Shown: positions 25,301-44,899, counted from the first letter of the stretch. The stretch is 64,000 nucleotides of DNA from the human T2T-CHM13v2.0 reference genome, Homo sapiens (GCF_009914755.1 NC_060933.1), one strand, 5' to 3'. Numbers and translations: made by a program. The notes: generated by a model not told the origin, from the letters alone.

Positions 25301-26305
25301 AAGGCTGTGTGTCTAGTTTAGTTCCACTGTGCTTGGAATGTGACCTAATCCCATTTGGTTCAAAATACTCCATTTGGGGGTTATTACATACGATTTCTAT
25401 GATGTTTCTAAAGCTCTGTCCATGATTACACTAATGCAAGAAGGTTTGGCCTTAATGGTTTGGGGAAAGGGACATCAATTAAACACTTCTCCAAGAAAGG
25501 AAATTAAGATCTAGTGGAGACTAGAAACAAAGATGGAAATAATAACTTTTGGATGTTGTAGAGTTTCTCAGCATGAAATAACAGAAAGTTCCATAATTTC
25601 CATAAGTAACCATTGTCAAGAATTTAGCCCAGCTCCTATTTTATTGTGTCAAATTTTCAGATTACATGCTGGTATTAATTTCTGGAGGAGAATGTTAAGG
25701 ATAAATGATAAGCTTTCCTGATGGTTATAACTATAATTGGCATGAGTTGTATGTGAATGAACCACATTTTTGCAGTTTTTTTCTTCTGCTTTTGTTAGTA
25801 CTTTGGCAACAATAATCATTGTTATCGTTGGTAGATTTCCCAGATTCCACCTTTATTTTAACAATAACAAAACCGACAACAATAATAATACTTGACAGAT
25901 TACAATATACTTCCACAGGCCAACATTCTAACTTTTCCCATTTCCATGATGCATGTCATCTACATGTACATGCAATTAAAATGTAAGTTCTGGATCTAGT
26001 TCTTATAAGGTGTCTAGGCCATAGTAAAACATTTAGACATGACTTGGACTTGAAACCAAGGTCAGTGATTTTTATTTTCTCACCTAAAGGCTCTGTTCTT
26101 GATTACAGCATATTGTTGGCTTCCTGTGTTACATCTCTGAGAGAAGTATCAGCTTCTACTGTACTGCCATTTGCAAACCCTCTGATTTGTCCAAGAGGAG
26201 TGGGAAGGAAAAGAATGCTTGAAGCTTCTGGGATATGAAATTATTCTTCCCAACAGCTTTGAATTTTCTATTCCCTGCTAGATCTACTCACATGAATCGT
26301 GGAAC

Positions 26306-26742
26306 TGTAAACCAAAAAGTATCTGAGTCTGGTCTCAACCAATTTAGAAGTTTATTTTGCCAAGTTCAAGGATGTGTCTGGGAGACGGGTCTGTGCCTTT
26401 CTCCAAAGATGATTTTTGAGGAGTTCAATATTTAAAGACGAAAAGCTGACTGGACGAGAAAGAGGGAGGGTATGGTCACATTATCGAATTCACACGTTGC
26501 AAGAGAAAGGAAGCAGGTAGGGGGATAGTCAATTATGTATTTGCCTGGTGTCAGTAAATCAGCACTTTATGTAAGATAGGGTGAATATAGAGTAGCTACC
26601 AGTGGAGATATGTAGCTTTTATCTGTAGCTATCTGCTTAGAAACAAAAGGAAAGGCAGCTTCTTACATAACTCAGCTTTCAGCTTAATTTTTTTCCTTTT
26701 GACATAGTAAATTGGGGTTCCAAGTTTTATTTTCCTTTCACA
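26306..26742 (-). mobile_element. MER4A-type ERV1 solo LTR
   Basis: TGTAAACCAAAAAGTATCTGAG...TTTTATTTTCCTTTCACA termini match recalled MER4A/MER4A1. Confidence 0.8.
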
Positions 26743-28404
26743 CATCAAAAGAGGAGGAAAAAAATGAATTGTGCTTTATTACTATTCTATATGGACCACT
26801 TATTGAACTACATGTTAGGCATGTGAGAGAGATGATTTCCATCATCACAATAAGCCCAAAAGTTAGGTTCCTCATTTTCATTTTTAATGAAACACTTTCA
26901 GAGAGATTAAGTAAATTGCCAACATCCACATTGCCATTATTATCAACATGTGATTTCCAAGTCAATGTTCTTTCCACCATGCCATCCTCAAAGGTTCTCC
27001 GGCTCCAAGGTGACTTGTTTCAAATCATCCACAACATGTGACGTGTTGAAATTTGTTGGAACCTGTGAATGTCAGGTTGGAGGCCACAGAACTAAAGCAA
27101 AGGGAAATGCAAAATTGCTCTGTTAAAATGACAAATATTCCAGAGGCAGCTAATTAGTATGATAACCTATGCATAAAAGAGAATTGTAAAATTAGTGAGA
27201 TCAGCCTTGCAATACCATTAACCATATTATAACTCTTTATGTGATTTTTCCCCATCATGAAGTGGTCTTGAAAATGCCTGATCTCAATGTGCTTTATCAT
27301 ATGGTGTAGCTCATCAGTGCCACACACTACTGTGAATACTGTGGTTTTCACAGTGGGATATTTTTTATCTCTGCAAACTGGTAAATTAAAATAATTTCAC
27401 CTAGGGTGATCCTGCAACAAAAATATACTGGTGACCTTGACAGCATTTCTGTATTTTTTTTCCCTTCTCATTTGCTTTCTGATAATTTTCTTTTCTTTTT
27501 GCTCTGAATCACCTACTCTAGGGTAAAAAGGCCCAGACAAAGTAAGAGGTCAGTCTTGTGTACCCGAGTCCTTTCTTCAAGAGGCAGGTTACTGGGAAAG
27601 ATGAGAGCTTTATTTGATGGAACAGTGGGAAAAAAAAGATGCCAGGTTAGATAGAGCTAAGCCATTAGAGTTCTTCTAGGAACAGTACTTGTGGGCTAGC
27701 AGGTTTGGAAAAGTTGGGAGAACGTAAGCACAAATTACATCCACAAATTAGGCTGGAGACAGTTGCGACATTCAATGGTTGCCATGAAACTATCCCACAA
27801 AGGAAGGATGAGAAAAGTCGGGTACCATGATTGCAGAGAAGTGCTTGGGAAAGGTGACTAGTTTGATCAGGTTTGTTCCAGGAAGTGACAGCACAACTAT
27901 GTGAACTCTGCTTCCCTTTCACTGTTCATCTCATCCCAACTTCCCTCCTCCATTTTGTAACTTTACTACCTTGAAGCCCTTTCTGGCAACTCCACATATT
28001 ACAAAAGGATTTCAAATTTGAGCCAGAAAGCACACAGGGCTGGAGGCAAAAAGGCTGATTTGCGAACTTGGGCCTTATGAAGTTCATGTGGGAAGAGGAA
28101 TTCATTTATATAAAATACATTGTTGACCCACAATAGCTTGTGATGTTTGTCATCATGTTACATGTTTTGTGATTTTACTTTGAGTTGAATTTGGTTTGTC
28201 ACAGTTCAAAAAAACCAGAATCTGCACAGTGCCTGATATATTAAGGGCTCTCAAATGAATGAAAAAAATAACTAGATAAATTGGTGCCTGTCTGCTTATA
28301 ATAGAGATATGCTAACATGAGCTGTCAAAAGAGCTTGTGTTAATCATAAGGAATAAACTAGGAACAAAACATGATTTGCAGAGGAAAGATAAGATATAAA
28401 CTTT

Positions 28405-28900
28405 CATTCATTTACTTACTAACTCATTCAGATTATTCATTCATTTATTAATTTTACACATATTCTATAAATGAATTTTCTATTTTGTGCTAAGCAGTGT
28501 GCTAGGTTCTGAAAAAAGTGTGAAAAGTAAAACAGTAATGGGCCTTTCCCTTGAGCATTTGTATTCTAGTGGAGAGTGAATAATAAATATCAATTTATAA
28601 GTTAATAAAAGTGAAAGTAATTTTGAGGGTTCTTGGATGGATAGTACTTAGATAATGCAGTTATTAAGGAATCCTGTTCAAGGCTACTTGAAAGAAAAGG
28701 TGCTGTTCTAGGAGTCAGAGGTGGAGGGTTCCACAGAGCTGGATATTCTGGGCAAATGCCCCAACACAGCAAGGAACTTGTGGCATTCAAGGACTGAAAG
28801 AGGAGTCATGAGCTGGTAGGCTGAGCTAGAGGAGGCTGGTCTGTGATGAGGCTGGACAGTGGGACACATACCAAATTTTGCAGGGTTGTGTAGTAAAACC
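28405..28900 (-). mobile_element. L2 fragment
   Basis: TCATTCATTCATTTATT...TGTGCTAAGCAGTGTGCTAGG, L2 3' terminus. Confidence 0.6.
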
Positions 28901-29486
28901 CCAATTAACAACAGATTGTGTTGCCAAAACTCATTTGTAAGATCACTGCAGGAAGCTTGGAAGACATTTACTCACAGAAAGAATATTATAAATGATTGTC
29001 AGCTGTCTAGCCTGCAATGATCTACTTAACTTATAATATCTCAATAGCCAAACCTCTGAAGGTGATAGTTTCAGAAGGAAAAGGCATTGGCTTACAATTT
29101 GGACAGTGAGGAGACTCCTATCTTTACCATTCCACCAGCTCCAGCACAGAGTGCCTCCCTGGCAATTCCAAGTATGAGCTGACTTTTTCAGAAGGATGTT
29201 CCTCATCATGCTTATTATGCTAAAGCGCCATTCCTATTCTACCAGGGGTAGTGTTTTCCTGTTTCAAATTTTGTTTTGTTTCTAATCGTTAAGAATACAT
29301 TTTTCATTTTACCAAGCGTCTTTTGTATAATTACAAAATACTACATGGGAGGAAACTTTTTGTTAAAAGAAAAAAAAAGGTGGGGTGGGGGAGGTTGTTT
29401 TGATAGCTGTGTACTAGGTTCCTTATCCCTGTACCCCTCTTGCCTTCATGATTGTGGGGCTTCATCCCCACATGTGGCACAGTCAC

Positions 29487-30000
<514 letters not shown>

Positions 30001-30854
30001 ACAACTGTGCCCTCAGTTGGGATGTAAGATGCGGGCCAGGAGGTCAGTGGCTCAGCTTTACTGTGGCTCCTTTGCTGGGTTTGTCCCCAGGCTTAGTGGC
30101 TGGACTTCTGCCCTGGTCCCTTCTTTCCTGAGTGACCCTTGATTGTCTGCTTAATGTCCTAGTTCTTTGGAAGGCTTGGGTTGATTCTTCCCTACATATG
30201 CCTCAGGGACTTGTATCCTATACCCAGATAAATTCTTTGGGTGAGTCCCTACCATTTGCTTCCAGGCTTCCCTGATAAGTTTAGTGCAGAGGAAGGGAAG
30301 AACAGGCTTTGGACATAAAGGTAGTAGAATTCTCTCTAATTATCTTCACCTGTGAAAACTTGTGTTTAATATCTCTGACCATTAGTGTTTTTAATCTGTA
30401 CAATGGTGTAATAATAATATACTTATGGGATTGTTATGTGGATTTCTTATTGTAGTTGCTCAATAAATGTGACAGACTTTCCACCTGTCATGATTATACA
30501 CTGGTTTACTGGTTGGCCACTTTATACTGTTTGCCTATTGAACCTCTTCCTGTTCACGGATGCTAGGGAGTCTCTAACACCTAATAGATTTCAGGCTCTA
30601 TAAAGTCCTCTATGGGTGTGACTATATTCCTGAGTACTGAGAATAAATATATGTTAAGTGAATGAATAAGATACCTGGCCCACTGATATTGTTTGCCTGA
30701 CTGGTTTCTAGGTCCCAGCCATCTAATTTCTGTCTTCAGACATGGTATCACTCAGCCCTCTAATATTGTAGGCTCCTATGAGAGTCTTATTCCCTTTCCC
30801 ATCCCCAGTCCTTAGTGGTTAGTGGGGCAGTTGGTCAGCCTGCAATGAGAATAG

Positions 30855-31435
30855 TGTGATTGCCTGATGGGTTCATCTTGCCTCCTGCCCAGAAAAACTA
30901 ATGCATAAAAAACAGCAGGTTTTTGCAGGAAAGAGTTTAATAATCACAGGGCCAGCAAAACAGAAGGATGGGGGTTAATTCTTAAATCAAAATGCAAATC
31001 AGAATGCAAAAAGTCTAGAAAACATTAGAAAAAACCAATCTTAGGTTCTTTAGTAATGACATTATCTATAGGAGCAATTGAGCAAGTCACAAATCATGTG
31101 ACCTCTAGCCACGTGACTCCCGAGTAGTAAGGGATAATAGAAATTACATCTACATTTTAGCAGAATTCAGGTCTGTCCCATAATCCTAATCTTGTGGCCT
31201 TTGATTAGTCTTACAAAGGCTGTTTCAGTCCCCTAAACAAGGAGGAGGTCAGTTTAAGGCAGGGACTACTATCATCCTTGCTTCAAAGTTAAACCATAAA
31301 CTAAATTCCTCCCATGGTTCGCTTGGCCTACATCTAGGAATGAGCAAGGAGAGCCAGCCTGTGAGGCTAGAAAAAAGACAGAGTCAGCAATGCTACATTT
31401 CTTTCGCTGTCATAATCTGTAAAGAGGTGGTTTCA
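30855..31435 (-). mobile_element. LTR8-family ERV1 solo LTR
   Basis: Minus-strand start TGAAACCACCTCTTTACAGATTATGACAGCGAAAGAAATG and AGGAATTTAGTTTATGGTTTAAC match recalled LTR8A/B. Confidence 0.8.
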
Positions 31436-32119
31436 ATCATCCGTATGGCCCTCTCCAAGTCTCTCTTCTATCCTAATACTAGGTAGATGCATATCTATCC
31501 TAATCCTGGATTTAGTTCACCTCTTACCTATGTACCATTTTGATTTCAAGGCTTTTCAGCTATCTACATGAGCACATAGTGTCTAGTCCATTTGCCACAG
31601 CTTTGAGGCCCCTGTAACTGGGTCCCCTGAGCTCCTCATTAAAGTGCCATGCTTGGTTGAGAAGGACCTGTTGTTTGCCTCTTTGTGTCTTTTGTAGATG
31701 CTGTAGGTCTTTGAAGGCTCCATACCCAATACTCTCCTAACACAAATCTGGAATGTACTTTATGACCAGCTATGCCCAATCTGTTTGATGTCCATTCTAT
31801 ATGAACAAACATGGGCATTCAAAAAACTTGAACTTTTAGTGTTGGCTGTGAGGCCCTACTCTTTAACTCCAAGATTTTCCACCAGCCAAGATCTAGTTTT
31901 TAGTGGTGCTGGCCAAACCTGTCACATGGGTGCTGTGTTCTAAAGCCGGGAGAGACCGAGGAACCTAAGACAGACAGCTTGGGCTGTTCATCTCACTATT
32001 AAGTCTTTCCTAGCCTCTTTCTCTTCCCAAAGAGCTGCCTGTGGGAATAGAGACTTCCCACCAGCTCTCTAGCTCTCCTCTACTTCCCACCCCTCACTAA
32101 CTTTTTTAAAAAAATGTAA

Positions 32120-32302
<183 letters not shown>

Positions 32303-32836
32303 TCACATTATAGCATTGAGGATTAGAATATGGCAATATGCATTTCTCAATTTCCTCCACAAAAACAACACAACAATCTCAAACTAAACTTCTTGGACTT
32401 ATTTCTTAGTCAGAAGTAGCTAACTTCCCAATTAATGTTTAAAACAAAGTTAAAAATTCCTCCTCTAGGCAGCTCTATCCAGAGATAGCTTCTAGCTAAG
32501 AGAAGCTGGTAATTTGCATATAAAGACTTCTTTTAATTACTCTCTAAAACCTGCAGTTTTTACAAGCTATGTCTGACATAAACTGCTACTGTATCTTGTT
32601 GCAAAAGAATTCTTGTGAACCTAACTCCAGAGAGATCAGTCTTGAATGGAGAAAGAGGTTTCCACATAGTATTGAGACCTAATGGCCAAATTTCTCTCCT
32701 ACTTCTAAATCTCTTGGATCATTGTCTCTAGGAGCTAGTAAGGGGCTTAACACCAAGAGCAAAACTCACTAAATAATCCTTGAATTGGATTAGGGCCTTT
32801 TACTTTTATGCATATCTAGTTTGATCATAATTTGTT

Positions 32837-33056
32837 CAGTTTAGGACTCTTAACCTTGACACTATTGACATTTTGGATCAGAAAACTTTTTTTTGATGGG
32901 GGCACTTTCCTGTCCACTGTAGGATGTTTAGCAGCATTCCTGACCTCCATCTACTAGATGCGAGTTATACCTACCAGTGGGACAACCAAAAATATCTCCA
33001 GTCATTGCCAAATACCCGCTGGGGGAACATCACCACCTCCATTTGAGAAACACTGC
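32837..33056 (+). mobile_element. MER20
   Basis: AACCTTGACACTATTGACATTTTGG...GTAGGATGTTTAGCAGCAT...CATTGCCAAAT...TTGAGAAACACTG. Confidence 0.85.
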
Positions 33057-33409
33057 TCCAGTTAGATCCAAATTAGGCTGAGCAGAAAGAATTGCGAAGA
33101 GGGAAAGAACGAAAGGCCGTCTGTTGATACATAGATTTCCTTTATGTCCTTTGGAATTTACCTCTCCCGTCTCCTCCTTTCTGATTACCTTGAATGTCAT
33201 TGTTCCTAATCTAAAAGAAGTGGCTAGAGATATTAGGATGTTTGTTCTTAAGGCACCAGGAAAATGAAATTAAACAGGTGTTTGAGAAAGGGAATTGTAA
33301 AATCTGGAATAGAAATAGAGGGTGAATACGTCCTCCCAAATTTTCTATAAGTCACAGCTTCTCAAAAAAATTCATGTTTAGAAGAGACGTATGTGTCAGT
33401 GGAGGAAGT

Positions 33410-35110
<1,701 letters not shown>

Positions 35111-38100
35111 CTTGAACATGTCCTTCATTGTGCCAGTTTTGGCACTCTCAACCCACAGGAAAAGATTTCTGTTCTTTTGGGGACTTTGTATAAGGTGGTT
35201 TTACATTAGTCAAGTCTTATTTTAATATGCCAGGAGATAATATATGCATATGCCTGTGCCAGTTCCCCCTCCCCCAATGCTTTCTGTAAAGTGATTTTTT
35301 TGTGGTTGTCTGGTTAAGGACTCTTGACCTACATAATTAAGCCATTTTTCCACAGTCCAGTCTGTTCATTATTTTCTGCACGTTGGCACCTTCCGCCTTT
35401 TGAATAAATAACACCTAATAAAGATAACTCCATACAATTTGCATAGAGGATATATATTTGACTGAGAACATATGTTTGATGAGGTGTTCCTGCTTATTAC
35501 CCAAATGTTTAAACAATGCTAATAAAAGAAGCTGCTGTTATGTTACATTGTTGAAGCTAATGTTTATAATGTTCATTTCCAATGGGGCATAATACAAGCT
35601 TGCATATAACGGAAGAGCATTTGCCAGTCTTTTTTCTCTGCAATATTATAATGAAATAATCATTTTCCTCTCCTTTCTGGCATAAAATTTGAAACAGAAT
35701 TACGGAATCATAGACGTTCACAACTACAAGGGGAGTTGGAGACCTGGCTTGAAGTCTAGATCGGCCACCTCCACGCTGTACCACTTTAGACTCATCATTT
35801 AACTTTGTGAGCTTCACTTTTTCCTCTTAAAATTGCGATAATATTATATGTCTCATAGATCCATTGGGATGACTAATAAGTAAATGTATGTGAAAATGCG
35901 ATGTAAATATTAAAATGACATATGAACTTAAATTCAGTAAGTAGATAATTAGTACCTACTGTACAAATCATTTTGCTATGGACCCAAAAGGAAGTAAGAA
36001 GAAACCCTCGACTTCAAGGAATTCTCCCTCTAGTGGAAGAAACAGATCTATAAACAAGTAACAGTAATGTAAATTATACTGCAAGCCCTATAAGAGAGGA
36101 CAGCAGAAACAACAGAGGAAAAAGTGACAGGGTCGGCTGTTGAAATGCTTATCAAAGAGTGGGCATTTGAACTAAGTTATGAAAGATTATTAGGGTTTGG
36201 ACAGGCTAAAAGGGTAGATGGGCAATCCAGATCAAGAAAATGACCAACGCAAAATGAGACGGCATGTTTTGGGGTCGTAATTTGTCTAGAGTAGTTGAGT
36301 GAAAAGATTCGAAATGGAGATGGACAGAGGAAACTGACGGTTTAGAAACATTGTTCCTGTGACAGCAGGAAGTATGGAATAAAAAATGGCAGCTGGCACA
36401 TGGATTGATCAGTTGATTGGCCCTTGTAATAATTCTATTGGAAGAAGACAGTAGAATCAGGGTTTCATGTGTCGGTGAAAAGATTGAGTAATTTTGAAAA
36501 TACATTTTGGTTCTGGACTATGCTCCTCTGAACACAAATATACTTCTGAGATTGGACAACATGGCCCAGATTCACAAGGGTCATGGAAAAGTAGGAGTTA
36601 CGGAGATGAAGTTATAGGAAAGAAGGTGTAGGATGTTTAGAGGATCTCCCAGGAAGAAAGGACCACATGGGTGTAGACCTCTGTTGGTAATAATGAAACA
36701 ACAAAACTAGCAGCAGAATACCAAGAGAATAGAGAATGAGCGGTGAGAATGAGGCTGACATTGTAGGCAGGGGACAGATTATGTGTGGCCTTGAAAGCCA
36801 AAATGGGGCAGGGAGTTTTAGAAAGAAGGAGGGTCATGACTTCCTTTGAGGCAGAGCTCAGACCTCCAGATCACCAAATGACAGCTGTTCTTTGGACCGA
36901 AGACCTTTAGTAATAACCACTAAATTGGCCAATAAAAATTTTCTGATCTCTAAATGTAAGTCCAACAACCACTTGCCAGAGCATCACATAATTGTGCAAA
37001 ATAGGTTAAATGTTTTTGTTGTGACTTCTTAGGAGTGTACATTTGGAGGTTATGTCAGAACCTCCTCTCATCTCTTCCACCTCTTCTCCACCCAAAGCTT
37101 GCACCCTCTGTGGAATGAAAGTCAGAGAGCTCGAGCCAGCTCCACAGTGGCGCCTTCCTTCCTAACATTCTTTGTGCTGTACTGTTGTTATTTTCTAAGC
37201 GGTGAGTGAGGGCAAGACAGAGTGTCAGTCTCCCCTCAGAACACACACTGAAAATAGAAAATAAGATGCATTGTGACATTTTAGCTAAGAGACCTTTCTC
37301 TGGCTTTGGGAAAAGCCAGCTGAACAGGCACTTATTGTCACACAGCTAGAAGAAAACTACATAGCCCAAATGTCACCTCGGAGCTTATTTGCTGTTATAT
37401 TTTCAGCGTACATTTGATTATTCTTCCTTTTCATTCTTAACGATAAGGGGTTAAAGCCACTCCAGCTCTACTTTTCTTCTCATAAAAGTCTCTCCCCACT
37501 TCTCATAAAAGCCACCTATGCATGAGCAAAACTCACACAGTTTTTTTCCTGTTTCATATTGGTAAGAGTACATTTACAAACACGTCTTTACCTGAAAGGT
37601 ATGGATTCACTTAAACTTATTCATATTTTTTCAGATAAATTAGCCAAAATTGCCTATGAGAGAAAGCTTCATTTTGGACATTTCAAGTTCTTTGCTCTAA
37701 ACAATAACTAATGCTCTCTTTCCTTAGTCTTCTTACTACTCAACTATATAAGGAGACAAGATTACATAAGTAAAAAGAACAAAAATGTTGGAAGCATTCT
37801 GATCTGTGTTTCTGCATTGGCATGCTGGCTCACTAGCTGCGTGGCTTAGGCCAACTTCCATTATGCCTCAGTTTCCTCATTTGTTAAATGATCATAATGA
37901 GAGTATGTGCCATATAAAATCATATTGAGGATTAAATGAGATAATATATGTAAAACATCTAACTCATTTGCCAGTAAATGTTAGAAGACCTAAACTAGCC
38001 CAGGGTGGTTCCATTTAGGTCAGTGGCTTCTGACAGAAAATGGGGTGCAAAGGATGGATGGAGGGCTCCTTTGTTTTTTGGTCCCAGTGTGGCCTGAGGA

Positions 38101-38671
38101 AGCACAGGAGAGGGTGTCAGAGTCTGAAGAGCATAACTGCACTTGAGTTCCAGGAGCAGACCCTGGGGACACAGATCAGAATGCTTCCTAGCTCACAAGG
38201 CCCATCTTCCATGTGGGCTTTTATTCTTCTGGGTCTCATGGAGGCAATGAGGAAGGTCTGTTTGACTCAGGTGCTAGGGAGGGAGGACAGTACAGAGGGC
38301 CCTGGGTGTGCCCTTTACCAGCTCTGTGCTGTTGACAATGCATTTAACCCCCTGTGCCCTGGCTACCTCATCTATAAACTGGCCAGGGTTGTTGGGAGAA
38401 TAAAATGAGGTGATATCAGCTAACATTTAGCAGGAGCTAATAGTTTTTGAGGACTGATCATGTGCCAGGCCCTGGTCTAAGGACTTCACATGCATTCACT
38501 CATTTAACTCCGAACATCCTGTGAAATTGGTGTTATTCATCTAATTCTACAGATGAGGCTCAGAAATATAAAGAAACATAAACTACCCAAGGTGACTTAG
38601 CTAACAGGTGAAAGAGGCAGGATTCAAATAGGCTACTCAGCTTCAGAGCTGTGGTCTTAAAAGCCTAAGGT

Positions 38672-41582
<2,911 letters not shown>

Positions 41583-41600
41583 GGGCTACACTTTCTAGGC

Positions 41601-41796
41601 CAGTGGTTCTCAAAGTGTGGGAGCAGTAGCTGCAGCAGCAGCAGCAGCATCACCTGAGAAGTTATTAGAAATGCAAATTTTCTGCCTGACACCAGACCTC
41701 CTGAATCAGAAACTCTGAGGGTCCGACCCAGCAGTCTGTGCTTCAACAAGCCACCCAGTGGATTCCGACATAGTCGCAAGTTGGAGAGCCTACTGC
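41601..41796. mobile_element. MER5A with a short (CAG)n expansion
   Basis: CAGTGGTTCTCAAAGTGTGG...CAGCAGCAGCAGCAGCATCACCTGAGAA...GAATCAGAAACTCTG. Confidence 0.85.
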
Positions 41797-41803
41797 TCTA
41801 GAC

Positions 41804-42040
41804 TAGGGGTTGGTAAATTACAGTAGCCACCTGTTTTTGTATATAAGGTTTTTTAGGAACATAGAGATGCCTATTCATTTAGATGTTGACTGTGGGTGCC
41901 TTTAGACTACAGTGCCAGAGTTGTCAGGATGTGCAATAAATATTTGTTAATAAATATGAGTTTGATTGTAGAGACCATCCGGCTTGCAAAGCGTAAAATA
42001 TTTACTATCAGCTCTTTAAGAAAAGTTTTGCAGACCATCA
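41804..42040. mobile_element. MER3/MER58-like hAT-Charlie fossil
   Basis: AGGGGTTGGTAAATTACAG...CCACCTGTTTTTGTATATAAGG...AAAATATTTACTATC...AAGAAAAGTTTTGCAGACC. Confidence 0.6.
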
Positions 42041-42831
42041 GTCTAGGCAATACAATGAAAGTCCCTAACACAGTGCCAGTACACAGTAGGTACCCAATAA
42101 GTGTATTATTAAGTGCTGAGAAAGCATGACCCAGTGACTTACAGAGGCCAAAGTGCTCTTATGCCATTGGGGAAGGGTGGGCAGGATCAGTGCAGAACTG
42201 GTCCACAATTAATTAATATGTCCTTACTTATGATCCAGATGCAGCTGAGCAATTTGGTCATGGTGCCACTCAGTTCTCACCAAGTGGGGAATAGGAAAGG
42301 AGTATCTTACTTTTTGGAGTCATTACCCTGCTGTGTTTTTTTTACAAATGACCCTACTGTCCCTGGGATAGCTTGCTCAGAGGCACGGGTTTTGGAATCT
42401 GGAGTGCCTACCATAGCGCTCTGGACCTTCGGCTTCCATCTGACTCTCCAGCAGAGAGAATCCTTGATTTCCACGTATCACTGGGAAAAAAAGAGTTGAT
42501 GGTTGGATTATTGTTTTTCTTCCATATTCCTTCTTCCTAGTTCACAGTCTGTTTTGAGTTTAAATATAAACTCAAACTATGTATTTAACAAATATTTATT
42601 GCACATTCTGTCATGTACCAGAGATTAATACACCTACAGTTTTTTTGGTGGACAACTGTTCATCGAGTTAGGTCCGGTATTATCCAGATGGCAAAGCCGA
42701 GGTTTCAGAAACGGTGATTGAGGTCCAAGTGTTATGAGCTAAAATGCTGTGTTGCCAGGACTTGAACCTTTATCATCTCCATAGTCCTGAACCCAGCAGG
42801 CCTCAGCCTCAGCTTGCTGCCTTCCATGATA

Positions 42832-43134
42832 TTTTTATTTTTATTTTCTGAGACAGGGTCTTGCTTTGTTGCCCAGGCTGGGGTACAGTGACGTGATCAA
42901 AACTCACTGCAGCCTCTATCTCCCAGGTTCAAATGACCCTCCCACCTCAGCCTCTAGAGTAGCTGGGACTGTAAGTAAGCGCCACCATGCCCAGCGAATT
43001 TTCGTAGTTTTTTTTAAGAGATGGGATTTCGCCATGTTGCCCAGGCTGGTCCTGAACTCTTGGGCTCAAGTGATCCACCTTCCTCAGCCCCCTCAAAGTG
43101 CTGGGATTATAGGCATGAGCCACTGTGCCCAGCC
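42832..43134 (-). mobile_element. AluJ
   Basis: Antisense Alu with J-type features (GACAGGGTCTTGCT, CTTGGGCTCAAGTGATCC). Confidence 0.9.
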
Positions 43135-43367
43135 CCATGGTCTTGATTTCAGTTTCAGCTTCAGGAGTAAACTAGCCCAGTTAGAACACCTGTGTCTTTT
43201 CCCAAGGCCTCCTTTGTTTTGGGGGAAAAGTCTTGCCTCCTACTGAGCAAATCAGCTAGCCCAGGGGTGTCCTCCTCTCTGTGTAGGAGGCTTAGGGGCC
43301 AGGGTTCTGGCAAAAAAACAGACGGCATACTTGAATGCAGTGCTTGCAGAGGGTTTAATAAAGGGTT

Positions 43368-43838
43368 CAGGAGCAGCTATTTAGTTTGTGGGGCCCAGTG
43401 CAAAATAAAAACGGGGGGCCAGGCCGGGAACAGTGGCTCTCACCTATAATCCTAGCACTTTGGGAGGCCAACGCAGGCAGATCGCTTGAGCCTAGAAGTT
43501 TGAGACCAGCCTAGGCAAGACTGGCAAGCCTCCATTTCTACAAAAATTACCTAGGTGTGGTGGTGCACATCTGTAGTCCCAGCTGCTTGGGAGGCTGAGG
43601 TGGGAGGATCGCCTGAGCCTGGGAAGGTTGAGGCTGCAGTGAGCTGCAGTCGTGCCACTGCACTCCAGCCTAGGCAACAGAGTGAAGCCCCATCTCAAAA
43701 AATAAAAGTAATAAAAATAAAATGGGGGCCTTTGTTCAAAAATTATTAATAATCTCAAGTATTAAAGCAAGTGTAGGCACTTCTAAGCTTGGAACTCTGT
43801 GAGACTGTGTGAGTCATACTCCTATGAAGCTATCCCTG
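43368..43838 (-). mobile_element. MER45A interrupted by an Alu
   Basis: TTTGTGGGGCCCAGTGCAAAATAAAA...GGGGCCTTTGTTCAAAAATTATTAA...ATGAAGCTATCCCTG. Confidence 0.75.
43422..43714 (+). mobile_element. AluJ
   Basis: Sense Alu (GGGAGGATCGCCTGAGCCTGGGA); TSD-like AAAATAAAA..GGGGGCC on both sides. Confidence 0.9.
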
Positions 43839-43839
43839 A

Positions 43840-44215
43840 ATGGACTGTTTGCAAGAGTATGGATAGGATTTTTGAAGACTGCTAGGAAGTGATGCCGTAC
43901 CCTAGGTATAGGAGCACTGTGAAGCCATTACTACTTCTGGGATTGAAGGGACAAAAGGAAGAAATAATGACCGGAAGACTATAACCCAGAGAGAGTAGCT
44001 GTATAGAAACAGCCTTCAGTAAAGGAGATGATCTGCAGGGGCCCAGCAATGAGGGATGGGGTAAATTCTCTGACCTCATTCTCCCCTGCCCACTTTTCCC
44101 CTGCTGGGAACCCAAGGGGAAGTTAGAGAGCAGGAAGCCTGCAAGAGTCCTGAGCTCAGAACAGGGGAGAAGGTGGAGAATGAGACTGGAGTGACTAACA
44201 GAAAATGGTCAGCCT
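43840..44215 (-). mobile_element. Old ERVL-type LTR (LTR33/LTR40-like)
   Basis: GAAGCCATTACTAC...GAAGGGACAAAAGGAAG...GGGGAGAAGGTGGAGAATG pattern; subfamily uncertain. Confidence 0.4.
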
Positions 44216-44506
44216 CATCAGCATTCAGGGATTCATGCCATCTGGGATTCAAGACCCTCCACCTACTCGCTCCATCCTATCTTTCCAGGTGTTTCTCCCT
44301 CTATTCCCCTCTATTGAGACCTCTCAAAAATTGTCACAGCATTCTTAAAGGTAAGCCCTCAAAACTCTCATGGTATAACCAGAAGACCCACTTTTTCCTC
44401 TTAAAACATTTTAGCAATTTATATTATAAGCCATAGAGAATTGAGTTTCTTTCTTTTGGTTTAAAAAACAATTTCTCCACCTCCCAATTTTTCAAGTAAA
44501 AGTGAC

Positions 44507-44899
44507 TTCTATGGATTGAATTGTGTCCCTCTCCCCCACCAAATTCATACGTTAAAGTCTTAATCCCCAAAGTAAGTGTATTTGGAGGTAAGACTTTTTG
44601 GAGATAATTAAGGTTAAAGGAGGTCATAAAAGTAGAGTCCTAATCCAATAAGATTGGTGGCCTTATAAGAAGAGGAAGGAAGAGAGCTTTCTCTCTCTCC
44701 CTCTCCCTGAGTGCATGCACTAAAGAAAGACATGTGAAGCAGAATGAGAAGGTGGCTGTCTGCAAACCAGGAAGACAGCCCTCACCAATAACCCAGTTGG
44801 CCAGTGCCTTGATCTTAGTCTTCCCAGTCTCCAGAACTGTGAAAAATAAGCCACTTTGTTCATGGCCTTTCATTATGGCAGCATGAGCTGACTAAGACA
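44507..44899 (+). mobile_element. MLT1A-type MaLR solo LTR
   Basis: CTATGGATTGAATTGTGTCCC...CCAGAACTGTGA...GCTGACTAAGACA; perfect 5-bp TSD GTGAC at 44502-44506 and 44900-44904. Confidence 0.88.

Noticed and set aside
41626-41650. (CAG)n as a polyQ or disease-type repeat
   Set aside because: Only about 5 pure units, derived from MER5A, non-coding.
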